Positions 1 through 9,048 of a DNA stretch of 62,070 nucleotides are shown here, one piece after another. Made by a program: the position numbers and the translations under genes. The stretch is from contig CAZDVO010000008.1 in the NCBI GenBank assembly GCA_964508905.1, positions 1 through 62,070 on the forward strand, given 5' to 3'. The DNA comes from an uncultured bacterium. GTDB lineage: Bacteria > Omnitrophota > Omnitrophia > Omnitrophales > Aquincolibacteriaceae. Within the stretch, counting starts at the first letter, position 1; every line of letters begins with the position of its first letter. The notes beneath the pieces are model-generated. The model had not been told where the DNA came from. It did not search any database and saw only the letters and a program-made list of their open reading frames with translations.

Positions 1-1
1 G

Positions 2-1360
2 GTGACTCTCTACACCTGCGGCCCCACTGTCTATAACTACGCGCATATCGTGAATTTCCGCACGTTCGTTTTTGAGGACCTTTTGCGCCGTTTCCTGGAA
101 TGTTCCTCCTTGAAGGTTCGGCATGTGATGAATGTTACGGATGTCGATGACAAGACGATCGCCGGATCGAACAAGGAAGGCAAGCTGCTCAATGAATTTA
201 CGGAAGTTTATACGCAGGCATTTAATGAGGATCTGAAGACGCTCGGGATCCTTCCGCCTACCATCCAGCCCCATGCGACGCATGAGATCCCGGCGATGAT
301 CGAGCTGATCGGTAAGCTGATCTCCAAGGGGATTGCCTATAAGGCGGATGACGGGTCCGTCTATTATCGTATCGCGGCGTTCCCTCATTACGGCAAGCTT
401 TCCGGGAAAAAACTGGAAGGGAATATCGTCGGCGCGCGCGTGGATCAGGACGAGTATGAAAAAGAAGAAGGCGCGGATTTTGTGCTCTGGAAAGCCGCGA
501 AGGAAGGCGAACCTTCCTGGGATTCTCCGTGGGGGAAAGGCCGGCCGGGTTGGCACATCGAGTGCTCGGCCATGTGCATGCGGCATCTTGGGGAGACGAT
601 CGATATCCATGCCGGGGGCGAGGACCTTGTTTTTCCGCACCACGAGAACGAGATCGCTCAGTCGGAAGCCGCGAGCGGCAAACCGTTTGCCCGGTTTTGG
701 CTTCACGCCAAGCACCTGCTTGTGAACGGGGAGAAGATGTCCAAGTCGAAGGGGAATTTCTTTACGCTGCGGGATCTCCTGGACAAAGGTTATGATCCGA
801 TGGCGATCCGCTACGCGTTGCTCTCAGTCCATTACCGGCACCAGCTCAATTTCACGTTCGAGAGCCTCAAAGAAGCCCGGGAAGTGATCGAGAAATTGGA
901 TAATTGCTATTTTCAATGCCTAAGCCGCCTGCAGTTGGGTTTTGCATCGGAGGTCTCTTCGGGGTACGAGTCGATCCCTGAGCAGGTATTGGAGAAGATG
1001 CAGGGCTATCTCGCTGATGATTTGAATGTCGCCGCGAGCTTGTCAGAGTTGATCAGTGGCGTGACGAAGATCAATGCTTGTCTTAATCAAATGAATGAAA
1101 AGGAACTTGAGAGCGCCCTGTCGTTTTTTGAGAAAGCGGACGCTCTTTTTGGTTTGGATATCGCCTTGATTCGAATGATTCCCGAAAATATCAAAGAGGC
1201 GTTAAAACAATATGTCGAGGCTCGGAAGGCCCGCGATTTTAAGACGTCGGATGAAATGCGCGCGAAGATCGTCGCTTTGGGCTGGCTTGTGAAGGACGGC
1301 CGCCCGGGCGAGCCTTCCACGGTGAAAAAGGTCCGCAGGGCCTGGGATGTGAAGAAATGA
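2..1360 (+). CDS. cysS: Cysteinyl-tRNA synthetase (5' end cut by the window edge)
   Basis: YTCGPTVY, GRPGWHIECSAM, DIHAGGEDLVFPHHENE and KMSKS motifs. The HIGH-equivalent reads HIVN. Confidence 0.97.
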   Translation: MTLYTCGPTVYNYAHIVNFRTFVFEDLLRRFLECSSLKVRHVMNVTDVDDKTIAGSNKEGKLLNEFTEVYTQAFNEDLKTLGILPPTIQPHATHEIPAMIELIGKLISKGIAYKADDGSVYYRIAAFPHYGKLSGKKLEGNIVGARVDQDEYEKEEGADFVLWKAAKEGEPSWDSPWGKGRPGWHIECSAMCMRHLGETIDIHAGGEDLVFPHHENEIAQSEAASGKPFARFWLHAKHLLVNGEKMSKSKGNFFTLRDLLDKGYDPMAIRYALLSVHYRHQLNFTFESLKEAREVIEKLDNCYFQCLSRLQLGFASEVSSGYESIPEQVLEKMQGYLADDLNVAASLSELISGVTKINACLNQMNEKELESALSFFEKADALFGLDIALIRMIPENIKEALKQYVEARKARDFKTSDEMRAKIVALGWLVKDGRPGEPSTVKKVRRAWDVKK

Positions 1361-1974
1361 AACAGGGCTATCTCATTACATTTGAAGGCGCGGAAGGAAG
1401 CGGGAAGAGCACTCAGATCCGCAATGCGACGGCCTTTCTGAAAAAGAAAGGACGCTCGGTCGTGATGCTTCGTGAGCCGGGCGGGACGCGTATTAGCGAG
1501 GCCATTCGGGAGATCTTGCTTGATAAACGGCTAACCGAGATGGCTCCCGTGACAGAACTGCTTCTTTATCTCGCGGCCCGCGCCCAGATCGTTCGGGAGA
1601 AGATCCTTCCGGCGCTCAATCAGGGGAAGGTGGTGATCTCGGATCGATTTGAAGACTCCACGCGGGCTTACCAGGGATTCGGTCGTCAGCTCTCGATGGA
1701 AGCGATCGAGCAAGCAAGCAAACTTGTTCGCGGGGTTCTGAAGCCGGACCTGACCTTTGTTTTGGATATTGACGTCGCCAAGGGCCTTAAGCGCGGCGGG
1801 CGGCATGACCGGATCGAACGAGAATCGCTCAAGTTCCATGAACGGGTCCGCCGTGGGTTCCTTGCTATTGCCAAAAAAGAACCCAAGCGCGTGATGGTGT
1901 TGGATGCGTCAAAGCCCGTCGATTTTGTCAGTCAAAAGATCCGCGAAAGGCTTGAACGTGTTTTTGGCAAATAA
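1357..1974 (+). CDS. tmk: Thymidylate kinase (dTMP kinase)
   Basis: ITFEGAEGSGKS P-loop, REPGG, DRF and PDLTFVLD motifs; ATGA overlap with cysS. Confidence 0.96.
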   Translation: MKQGYLITFEGAEGSGKSTQIRNATAFLKKKGRSVVMLREPGGTRISEAIREILLDKRLTEMAPVTELLLYLAARAQIVREKILPALNQGKVVISDRFEDSTRAYQGFGRQLSMEAIEQASKLVRGVLKPDLTFVLDIDVAKGLKRGGRHDRIERESLKFHERVRRGFLAIAKKEPKRVMVLDASKPVDFVSQKIRERLERVFGK

Positions 1975-2824
1975 TACGCAGAAACTGGCCGCGCGTATCC
2001 TCCAGTCGCATATCCAGGGGAACCGGGTCGCTTCCGCTTATATTTTTAGCGGCCAGGGGGAAAGTTCGGATAGCGCGGAGATGGCGGGGGAGCGCCACAG
2101 CGCGGACATCAAAGAGGAATTTGCGGTTGCGTTCGCCTACGCGCTTGAAAGCGGCGATCCCAAGCTTTTTCACGCGGCCGACGGAACGCTTTTACAGCGG
2201 ATCTGGAAGCGGGGTTATCCGGATGTCCGGTGGCTCGGCGACGATACGAGCGCGCGCTCGATCAAGATCGAGGCGGTCCGCGAGGTGATCCAATGGGCGT
2301 CGATGAAACCGTTCGAAGGTCCCTGGAAGGTTTGTATCGTGCTCAAGGCGGAGCGTCTGACGGAAGAAGCCGCGAATGCTTTTCTGAAAACACTGGAAGA
2401 GCCGCCCAAGAACACGGTGTTCTGCCTCCTCGTGGAGAATAAGAATAATCTCTTGGAGACGATCCAGTCCCGTTCGTTCGAGGTCCGGTTGATGGCGGCG
2501 GGGTTCCAGCCGGTCCCAATGGGGATCAGTTCCCTGGAGGCGTTGCCGGTCCGTGAGGTGTTTGAGACTTACGCGTCGCTTTCCCGGGAAGAAGTGAAGC
2601 GGAAACTGGACAATCTGATGGCTGTTTGCCGCGAGAAACTTTTTCAGATGGTCTCTCAGGAAGCGGCGGATACGACGGCCGTGAACGGATGGCTGGAGGC
2701 CATGGACCTCCTTTATGATTCGAAATCCGCTTTGGAAATGAACGTGAACCAGAAGTTGATGGCGACAAGGCTCGCGATAAGGCTCGCGCGCCTTTTCCCC
2801 TCACAGAAGGCCGTGACGCTATGA
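1958..2824 (+). CDS. holB: DNA polymerase III delta-prime subunit (probable GTG start at 1958)
   Basis: AANAFLKTLEEPP and LLETIQSR (SRC-like) motifs; the usual position after tmk. Confidence 0.88.
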   Translation: MFLANNTQKLAARILQSHIQGNRVASAYIFSGQGESSDSAEMAGERHSADIKEEFAVAFAYALESGDPKLFHAADGTLLQRIWKRGYPDVRWLGDDTSARSIKIEAVREVIQWASMKPFEGPWKVCIVLKAERLTEEAANAFLKTLEEPPKNTVFCLLVENKNNLLETIQSRSFEVRLMAAGFQPVPMGISSLEALPVREVFETYASLSREEVKRKLDNLMAVCREKLFQMVSQEAADTTAVNGWLEAMDLLYDSKSALEMNVNQKLMATRLAIRLARLFPSQKAVTL

Positions 2825-4383
2825 CGAAGAACTATTATCTGACGACCCCGATCTATTACGTGAACGGCAAGCCGCATATCGGCCACGCCTACACGAGCAT
2901 CCTCTGCGATACCTTCGCCCGTTATCACCGGATGCTGGGTGAGAATGTTTTTTATCTTACCGGCACGGACGAACACGGGATCAAGGTCCAAAAGGCGGCG
3001 GCGGAGCAGGGGAAAGATCCCAAAACCTTTGTGGACGAGATCGTCCCCCAGTTTAAAGAGCTCTGGAGCATTCTCGGGATCGAATACGATCACTTTATCC
3101 GGACGACGGATGATTATCACAAAACGGTCGTCCAGAAAGTGCTGAGCGAACTGGAGAAAAAAGGGGACATCTATAAAGCGTCGTACAAAGGATGGTATTG
3201 CACGCCTTGTGAATCGTTCTGGACCGAGCTTCAACTGAAGGAAGGTCGATGTCCCGACTGTAGCCGCGCGGTAGAAGAGCTTGAAGAGGAGAATTATTTT
3301 TTCAAACTGTCCAAGTATCAGGATTGGCTCATTCGCTATATCGGAGACAACCCGTCCTTTATTCAACCGGAATACCGCAAGAATGAAGTTCTTGGGTTTC
3401 TCAAAGAACCGCTTGAAGACCTGTGCATCACGCGACCCAAGGCCCGTTTGACCTGGGGGATCGAATACCCGGGGTCCAAGGACCATGTGATCTATGTCTG
3501 GTTTGATGCGCTGCTCAATTACCTGAGCGCGTCGGGGTATCTCCAGGATGAAAAGAGATGCAGATCCCTCTGGCCGGCGGACCTGCATCTCATTGGGAAA
3601 GATATCATCCGGCAGCACGCGATCTTTTGGCCGATCATGCTTCACGCGATGGGCGTTGAAATGCCGAAGCTGGTGTTCGCCCACGGCTGGTGGCGCATTG
3701 GCGGCGAGAAGATGTCGAAATCGCTGGGGAATGTGGTGGAACCGGCAGAGATCGTGAAGAAATATGGAAGCGATGTGTTCCGTTATTATTTGCTGAAGGA
3801 AGTAACGTTGGGTATGGACGGGACTTATTCCGAAGATCTCCTGATCGAGCGTTATTCGAGCGATCTGGCGAATGATCTCGGGAACCTTTGGCATCGTACG
3901 GCGTCCATGATCGAGAAATATTTCGCGGGCGTGATCCCGGCCCCTTCTCTGGAAGCGCTTCAAATGCCATTGGCGCAAAAAGCCTGGGGGCTTTGGATCG
4001 AAGTGGCCAAGACCATGTCGGTCTATGATGCCCGGGAATCCTTGAACCGGATGTGGGCGATCGTGGTCGGCGCCAATCAGCTGGTTGAGGAAAAGAAGCC
4101 CTGGGCGCTTGCCAAAGATCCGGCAAAAAAGCAGGAGCTTGCCGATACGCTCTACGTCCTGGCGGAATCCGTCGCGCATATCGCGGTCCTCCTCCAGGTG
4201 TTCATGCCTCAAACGGCCCTGAAGATCCTCGAAAGGCTCAAAATTCCGGGCGCCCGTAAAATTCAGAAAGCTCAGGATTTTGAGAAGCCGCTCCTCGCGG
4301 CCGGGACGGCCATCGAAAAGGGAGAGCCGCTTTTTCCGCGCCTTGACCCTTCGACAACATCCAGTGCTGAGGGGAAGGCATGA
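2821..4383 (+). CDS. metG: Methionyl-tRNA synthetase, short form without the C-terminal tRNA-binding domain
   Basis: YYVNGKPHIGH, TGTDEHG, zinc knuckle CTPC..CPDC, YVWFDAL and KMSKS motifs. Confidence 0.97.
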   Translation: MTKNYYLTTPIYYVNGKPHIGHAYTSILCDTFARYHRMLGENVFYLTGTDEHGIKVQKAAAEQGKDPKTFVDEIVPQFKELWSILGIEYDHFIRTTDDYHKTVVQKVLSELEKKGDIYKASYKGWYCTPCESFWTELQLKEGRCPDCSRAVEELEEENYFFKLSKYQDWLIRYIGDNPSFIQPEYRKNEVLGFLKEPLEDLCITRPKARLTWGIEYPGSKDHVIYVWFDALLNYLSASGYLQDEKRCRSLWPADLHLIGKDIIRQHAIFWPIMLHAMGVEMPKLVFAHGWWRIGGEKMSKSLGNVVEPAEIVKKYGSDVFRYYLLKEVTLGMDGTYSEDLLIERYSSDLANDLGNLWHRTASMIEKYFAGVIPAPSLEALQMPLAQKAWGLWIEVAKTMSVYDARESLNRMWAIVVGANQLVEEKKPWALAKDPAKKQELADTLYVLAESVAHIAVLLQVFMPQTALKILERLKIPGARKIQKAQDFEKPLLAAGTAIEKGEPLFPRLDPSTTSSAEGKA

Positions 4384-4450
4384 GGTGTGCTGCTCAGGGT
4401 CAACCCCGAGCAAGCTCTGGCTTTCGAGGAGGAGTGCGTCGAGGGGTTGA
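4343..4450. repeat. REP-like branched palindromic element overlapping the metG stop codon
   Basis: Outer arms TTGACCCTTCGAC (4343-4355) and GTCGAGGGGTTGA (4438-4450) pair over 13 bp with G-T wobbles. There is an inner hairpin GCTCAGGGTCAACCCCGAGC (4392-4411). Confidence 0.6.
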
Positions 4451-4462
4451 AGAGAAGGCGCA

Positions 4463-5245
4463 ATGAACCTGATCGATACGCATAGCCATCTGCATTTTCC
4501 GCAGTACGATATCGATCGTGAGGCCGTGATCCGCCGAGCGATCGCGGGGGGCGTCCGCTATCTGGTGAACGTCGGCACGGACCTTGAAGATTCCCGGAAG
4601 GCGCTTGAGGTGGCGGAAACTTATCCCGAGGTTTATGCGGCGATCGGGTATCATCCTCACGAGACCCAGCACGCCAACGCGCAGGATCTCGAAGCCCTGG
4701 AAAAGTTGTTATCCCATCCCAAAGTCGTCGCGCTCGGAGAAATAGGGCTGGATTATTTCCATGAACATTCGCCTCGCGATATCCAAAAGCAGCTTTTCGC
4801 TGCGTTCCTTGATTGGTATGACCGCCATGGGAAGCCGATCATGATCCACTGCCGCGATGCCTATGAAGACCTGCTGACGATCCTGAAAGATCATGGCCGG
4901 GCGCCGTACCGGGGAACGCTGCACTGCTATTCTTCGGATGCCGCGACCCTGCGACGATTCGTTGAACTGGGGTTTCATATTTCGTTCGGCGGGGCGCTCA
5001 CTTATAAGAAAAACGACCGGCTACGTGAGGCTTGTGCCGCCTGCCCGAAGGACCGTCTGCTGCTTGAAACGGACGCGCCGTATCTCGCGCCTCAATCCCG
5101 CCGCGGCGAACGCAATGAGCCCGCTTACATGGTCGAGACCGCGGAATGCGCGGCGACGCTTCATGGAATGAGCGCCGGGGAACTGGCGGAGCTGACCACG
5201 CGGAACGCGCAGACACTTTTTGGATTTTTGCCTCAACCCGCTTAG
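4463..5245 (+). CDS. tatD: TatD-family deoxyribonuclease
   Basis: IDTHSHL, AIGYHPH, GEIGLDY, IHCRDA, LHCYS and LLETDAPYL motifs; the usual position after metG. Confidence 0.93.
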   Translation: MNLIDTHSHLHFPQYDIDREAVIRRAIAGGVRYLVNVGTDLEDSRKALEVAETYPEVYAAIGYHPHETQHANAQDLEALEKLLSHPKVVALGEIGLDYFHEHSPRDIQKQLFAAFLDWYDRHGKPIMIHCRDAYEDLLTILKDHGRAPYRGTLHCYSSDAATLRRFVELGFHISFGGALTYKKNDRLREACAACPKDRLLLETDAPYLAPQSRRGERNEPAYMVETAECAATLHGMSAGELAELTTRNAQTLFGFLPQPA

Positions 5246-5254
5246 GAGATCTTT

Positions 5255-6316
5255 ATGACGAATTTGAATGTGCCTTTTTCGCCGATCCGGTTTTCCGGGA
5301 ACACGCTTTATCTTCTGGATCAGCGCAAGCTTCCGGTCCAGGAGCAATGGATCCCTTGCCGCGATTCCAAAGCGGTTTGGGCTGCGATCCGTACGATGGT
5401 GGTGCGCGGTGCTCCGGCTATTGGGATCGCGGCGGGTTACGGGCTTTATCTCGGTATTCGCTCCTTTCAGGGGACGCGGGACGCGTTCTTGAAGGAGCTC
5501 CGCAAGCAGGCCGCCTATTTGGATTCCTCCCGGCCTACGGCGCGCAATCTGGCCTATGCCGTGGAGCGGATCGTGCGCAAAGCCGTGGCGAGTCAGGAAA
5601 AGACCGTTTCAAAATTGATCTTACTGGTTCGTGAGGAAGCCAAGGCGATCCACACGGATGACATCCTTCTTTGCCGTTCGATCGGCCGGCATGGAGCCAA
5701 ACTTTTTAAGGCGGGTGCGCGCATCCTTACGCACTGTAATGCCGGGGGATTGGCCACGTCCGGGTATGGAACGGCGCTCGCGGTGTTCTACGCCATGAAA
5801 GAAAAGAAGGTCCCTTTTTTCGTTTATGCCGATGAGACGCGCCCGCTGTTGCAGGGAGCCCGGTTGACCGCGTGGGAGCTTTATAAAAGCAAGATCCCGG
5901 CGACGTTGATCTGCGACAATATGGCGGCGAGCCTGATGCGGGTCGGCAAGATCGACGGTGTGGTGGTGGGCGCTGATCGTATCGCGATGAACGGGGACAC
6001 GGCCAACAAGATCGGGACTTACGGGGTGGCGGTGCTCGCGCGTGTTCATAAGATCCCCTTCTATATTGCCGCGCCGAGCACGACCTTTGACCTGAAGGCG
6101 AAGACGGGGGAAGATATTCCGATCGAGGAACGTCCGCATGAGGAAGTTTCTGTGATGAACGGGAAACAACTGGCGCCGAAGGGGATGAAGATCTTTAACC
6201 CGTCGTTCGATGTGACGCCGGCCCAATATATTTCCGGTATTATTACCGAGGCGGGGGTCCTGAAGGCTCCTTTCAAACGATCGATACAAAAGATCCGGAA
6301 GCTCCTGGGCAAGTAA
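5255..6316 (+). CDS. mtnA: Methylthioribose-1-phosphate isomerase
   Basis: LDQRKLP, VRGAPAIG, SRPTARNL, LTHCNAGGLAT, DETRPLLQGARLTAWEL and NKIGTY motifs. Confidence 0.95.
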   Translation: MTNLNVPFSPIRFSGNTLYLLDQRKLPVQEQWIPCRDSKAVWAAIRTMVVRGAPAIGIAAGYGLYLGIRSFQGTRDAFLKELRKQAAYLDSSRPTARNLAYAVERIVRKAVASQEKTVSKLILLVREEAKAIHTDDILLCRSIGRHGAKLFKAGARILTHCNAGGLATSGYGTALAVFYAMKEKKVPFFVYADETRPLLQGARLTAWELYKSKIPATLICDNMAASLMRVGKIDGVVVGADRIAMNGDTANKIGTYGVAVLARVHKIPFYIAAPSTTFDLKAKTGEDIPIEERPHEEVSVMNGKQLAPKGMKIFNPSFDVTPAQYISGIITEAGVLKAPFKRSIQKIRKLLGK

Positions 6317-6340
6317 CGACGGATCTTACGAGGTGGCTTC

Positions 6341-7273
6341 ATGAGCGAGTTCTCTTTTATTAAATATCTGCGGAAAAGGGTCCCGGTTTCCGGCCGGGTG
6401 TGCGTCGGGATTGGCGATGACGCGGCTGTCCTGAAATCCGGGAGCGGCAAGCGGCTTGTCGTTTCTACCGATGTGATCGTGGAAGGGGTTGATTTTACGC
6501 TCAAGACCCTGAAGCCCGAACATGTCGGCCGTAAAGCGCTGGCCATCAATCTCAGCGATATGGCGGCGATGGGAGCAGTACCGACTGCGTTTGTGATCAG
6601 TGTGGGAAAGCCCCGCTATGTTTCCGATGCTTGGCTGAAACGTTTCTACGCGGGGTTATTGGCGTTAGCGAAGCAGTATGGTGTGGCGTGTGTGGGCGGT
6701 GATTTTTCTGCGGCGAAGGAATTCTTCGCGAGTGTGACGATCCTGGGCGAGGCCGCGGGGAAGGATATCGTTCAAAGGTCCGGAGCCAAGGCTGGGGATT
6801 GGATCGCCGTGACGGGGGCCTTGGGCGGTTCTCTTCAGCGTCATCATTATGATTTCACCCCGAGGATCCGAGAGGGGCTTTTTCTCGCGGCAGAACGAAT
6901 CCCGAACGCGATGATCGATATCTCGGACGGTCTTGCGCAAGACCTGACGCATATTCTGGAGGCCTCGAAGGCGGGTGCTGTGTTGGACACTGATAGTATC
7001 CCCATTTCCAAGGACGCGAAGCAACAATACGGCGGAAATATGGTTCGAGCTCTGGCTGCGGCGTTAGGGGATGGCGAGGATTTTGAACTTCTCTTCACCG
7101 TCGCTTCTGCCAAGAGGAAAACTCTCGAGAATCTCTGGAAAAAGAAATTTCCGAAAACGCGGCTCTCGTGGATCGGCAGAATCGAAAAAGGAAGTCCCCG
7201 TGTCCGATGGCAGGTGAAGGGGAGAAAACGGGTTTTGCCGAAAATCTTGAAAAAAGGTTATTCTCACTTTTGA
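6341..7273 (+). CDS. thiL: Thiamine-monophosphate kinase
   Basis: GIGDDAA, NLSDMAAMG, GGD, IDISDGL and GEDFELLFT motifs. Confidence 0.95.
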   Translation: MSEFSFIKYLRKRVPVSGRVCVGIGDDAAVLKSGSGKRLVVSTDVIVEGVDFTLKTLKPEHVGRKALAINLSDMAAMGAVPTAFVISVGKPRYVSDAWLKRFYAGLLALAKQYGVACVGGDFSAAKEFFASVTILGEAAGKDIVQRSGAKAGDWIAVTGALGGSLQRHHYDFTPRIREGLFLAAERIPNAMIDISDGLAQDLTHILEASKAGAVLDTDSIPISKDAKQQYGGNMVRALAAALGDGEDFELLFTVASAKRKTLENLWKKKFPKTRLSWIGRIEKGSPRVRWQVKGRKRVLPKILKKGYSHF

Positions 7274-7274
7274 T

Positions 7275-7700
7275 ATGAAAAAACAAACGGTTCTTACCAC
7301 GTCGGCCCAGGAAACGATCGCGTTCGCGAAGCGGTTAGCCAAGGAGGTCGTCCCCGGGACGGTCATCCGGCTCGAGGGTGAGCTCGGGAGCGGGAAGACG
7401 ACCTTTATCAAAGGGCTTGCTGAAGGGCTCGGGCTTAAGGATTCCCGGAAGGTCAAGAGCCCGACCTTTGTGCTGATGCACGTCTATGAGGCGAGGATGC
7501 CCCTCTATCATTTTGACTGCTACCGGCTCGATTCCCTTGAGGAGCTTGAGAATATCGGTTTTGTGGATTTTGTAAGCGACCCGGATGCCGTCGCCTGTGT
7601 TGAATGGGCTGAAAAAGCCGGGGACCTCATCCCGGCGCACGCCCGTGTCATTCATTTTGAGATCCTCAATAGTTCCAAGCGCCGCATCTCGATTGCCTGA
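7275..7700 (+). CDS. tsaE: tRNA threonylcarbamoyladenosine biosynthesis ATPase
   Basis: GELGSGKTT, VKSPTF, HFDCYRL and VEWAE motifs. Confidence 0.95.
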   Translation: MKKQTVLTTSAQETIAFAKRLAKEVVPGTVIRLEGELGSGKTTFIKGLAEGLGLKDSRKVKSPTFVLMHVYEARMPLYHFDCYRLDSLEELENIGFVDFVSDPDAVACVEWAEKAGDLIPAHARVIHFEILNSSKRRISIA

Positions 7701-7769
7701 TCCTGTTCGTTCCCGAAGCCTTTTTCCTAGCGCGAAGCCTATTTGCTATTGCGAATAATTAAAATAATA

Positions 7770-7798
7770 TTGATAAAAGACGAAAAAGCTGGTAATCT
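7770..7798 (+). promoter_or_regulatory. Sigma70-type promoter for the ORF6N gene, predicted leaderless transcript
   Basis: TTGATA (7770-7775), 17-nt spacer, TAATCT (7793-7798), then 6 nt to the ATG at 7805; no Shine-Dalgarno. Confidence 0.55.
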
Positions 7799-7804
7799 TT
7801 TCTC

Positions 7805-8334
7805 ATGAAAACTCAGGAACGTCAGCTGGCGAAGATCGCGGGGGCCATCTTTTGGGTCCGCCGGGCAAGGGTTATGCTCGATGTCGATCTCGCGGGTTTG
7901 TATGGGGTTGAGACTAAATATCTGAAGCGTCAGGTGAACCGCAACAGAGAGCGATTTCCCTCAGACTTTATGTTTACGCTTACGAGAAAAGAAGTGATCG
8001 GTATAAGGTGCCAAATTGGCACCTTAGACAAATGGGGACGCGGGCAACATTCCAAGTATCTTCCTTATGCTTTTACCGAGCATGGAATACTCATGCTCTC
8101 AAGTGTTCTTAACAGCTCCCGGGCCGTTCAAACCAATATTGCGATCATGCGGGCTTTTCTGCGGCTACGCGAGATGCTTTCCACGGATCGTGAACTGGCG
8201 CACAAATTTTGGAGCTCGAGCGGAAAGTAGCGGATCATGATGACGCTCTTCGAAAGATCCTGATCGCCATCCGGGAGATGTTAAGTCCTTCTGTGAAAAC
8301 GAGACCGAAAGGGCCGATAGGATTCCATCCTTAA
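7805..8334 (+). pseudogene. ORF6N-domain DNA-binding protein with a frameshift at T4 8207-8210 (or a sequencing indel)
   Basis: ORF6N motifs VMLDVDLAGLYGVETK, RNRERFPSDFMFTL and PYAFTEHG. The typical C-terminus LELERKVADHDD...KGPIGFHP* continues in the -1 frame from 8209 to the stop at 8332-8334. Confidence 0.85.
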
Positions 8335-8339
8335 AAATT

Positions 8340-9020
8340 ATGATCAAAAGTATTCGTGATTGGCCGGAAACGGAGCGTCCGCGGGAAAAGTTGCTCGCGC
8401 GGGGTGCTGACGCGTTGTCCGATGCCGAACTGTTGGCGGTGCTTTTTGGGCGGGGGCTGCGGGGGCAGGATGTGGTCAGTTTTTCGCGCGATCTTCTCCT
8501 GCAGTTTGGCGGACTGCGCGGGATCCTGAATCAGCCGCCCCAGGCCTTCAATGCCGTTCGCGGCTTTGGCGCTGCCAGGACCTGCATGGTCCTGGCCGTC
8601 CGGGAGATCGGTCTGCGCCAACTTCGCGAGAAAATGATCGGGCAGAATTTCGTCCGCAGCCCCCAGGCGGTGACGGATTACTTGATGGCCGCGCTCCGGG
8701 ACCAGAAACGCGAGATCTTCAAGGTCCTTTTTTTGGATAAAGGGCTTCGGATTATGGGGGAGAGGGATCTCTTCCACGGGACGGTCGATGAGGCTGCGGT
8801 ACATCCCCGCGAGATCGTGAAGGCCGCGCTAGAATTCCACGCGTCGAGTCTGGTCCTGGTCCACAATCATCCCTCCGGTAAGGTGGAGCCCAGCCGGGAG
8901 GATTACGAGATCACACAGAAGATCAAGGCGGCCTGCCAGACGGTCTCGGTCCGGATCCTTGATCACATCATTATCGGAGAAAATCAATACTTCAGCTTCT
9001 CCGAACGCAACTCACTCTAA
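8340..9020 (+). CDS. radC: RadC-family JAB-domain protein
   Basis: ERPREKL..G..ALSDAELLA, VHPREIVK, HNHPSG, PSRED and LDHIIIG motifs. Confidence 0.95.
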   Translation: MIKSIRDWPETERPREKLLARGADALSDAELLAVLFGRGLRGQDVVSFSRDLLLQFGGLRGILNQPPQAFNAVRGFGAARTCMVLAVREIGLRQLREKMIGQNFVRSPQAVTDYLMAALRDQKREIFKVLFLDKGLRIMGERDLFHGTVDEAAVHPREIVKAALEFHASSLVLVHNHPSGKVEPSREDYEITQKIKAACQTVSVRILDHIIIGENQYFSFSERNSL

Positions 9021-9025
9021 AACAC

Positions 9026-9048
9026 AAAAAGGGGATAGCCCCTTTATT
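9026..9048. terminator. Intrinsic terminator hairpin between convergent radC and HAD genes
   Basis: AAAGGGG-ATAG-CCCCTTT stem-loop. The A5 run at 9026-9030 gives a U tract on the - strand. Confidence 0.65.

Noticed and set aside
2713-4413. Long antisense and alternate-frame ORFs (e.g. 566 aa opposite metG, 385 aa opposite mutS, 332 aa opposite murE)
   Set aside because: They fully overlap well-supported genes, show no family motifs, and are expected shadows in GC-rich coding DNA.
4387-4485. 32-codon GTG-start ORF between metG and tatD
   Set aside because: It lies within the palindromic element, has no good RBS, and has no recognisable product.
8201-8215. Programmed -1 frameshift in the ORF6N gene
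   Set aside because: The in-frame codons CAC AAA TTT TGG do not form an X XXY YYZ slippery site; a homopolymer deletion is simpler.
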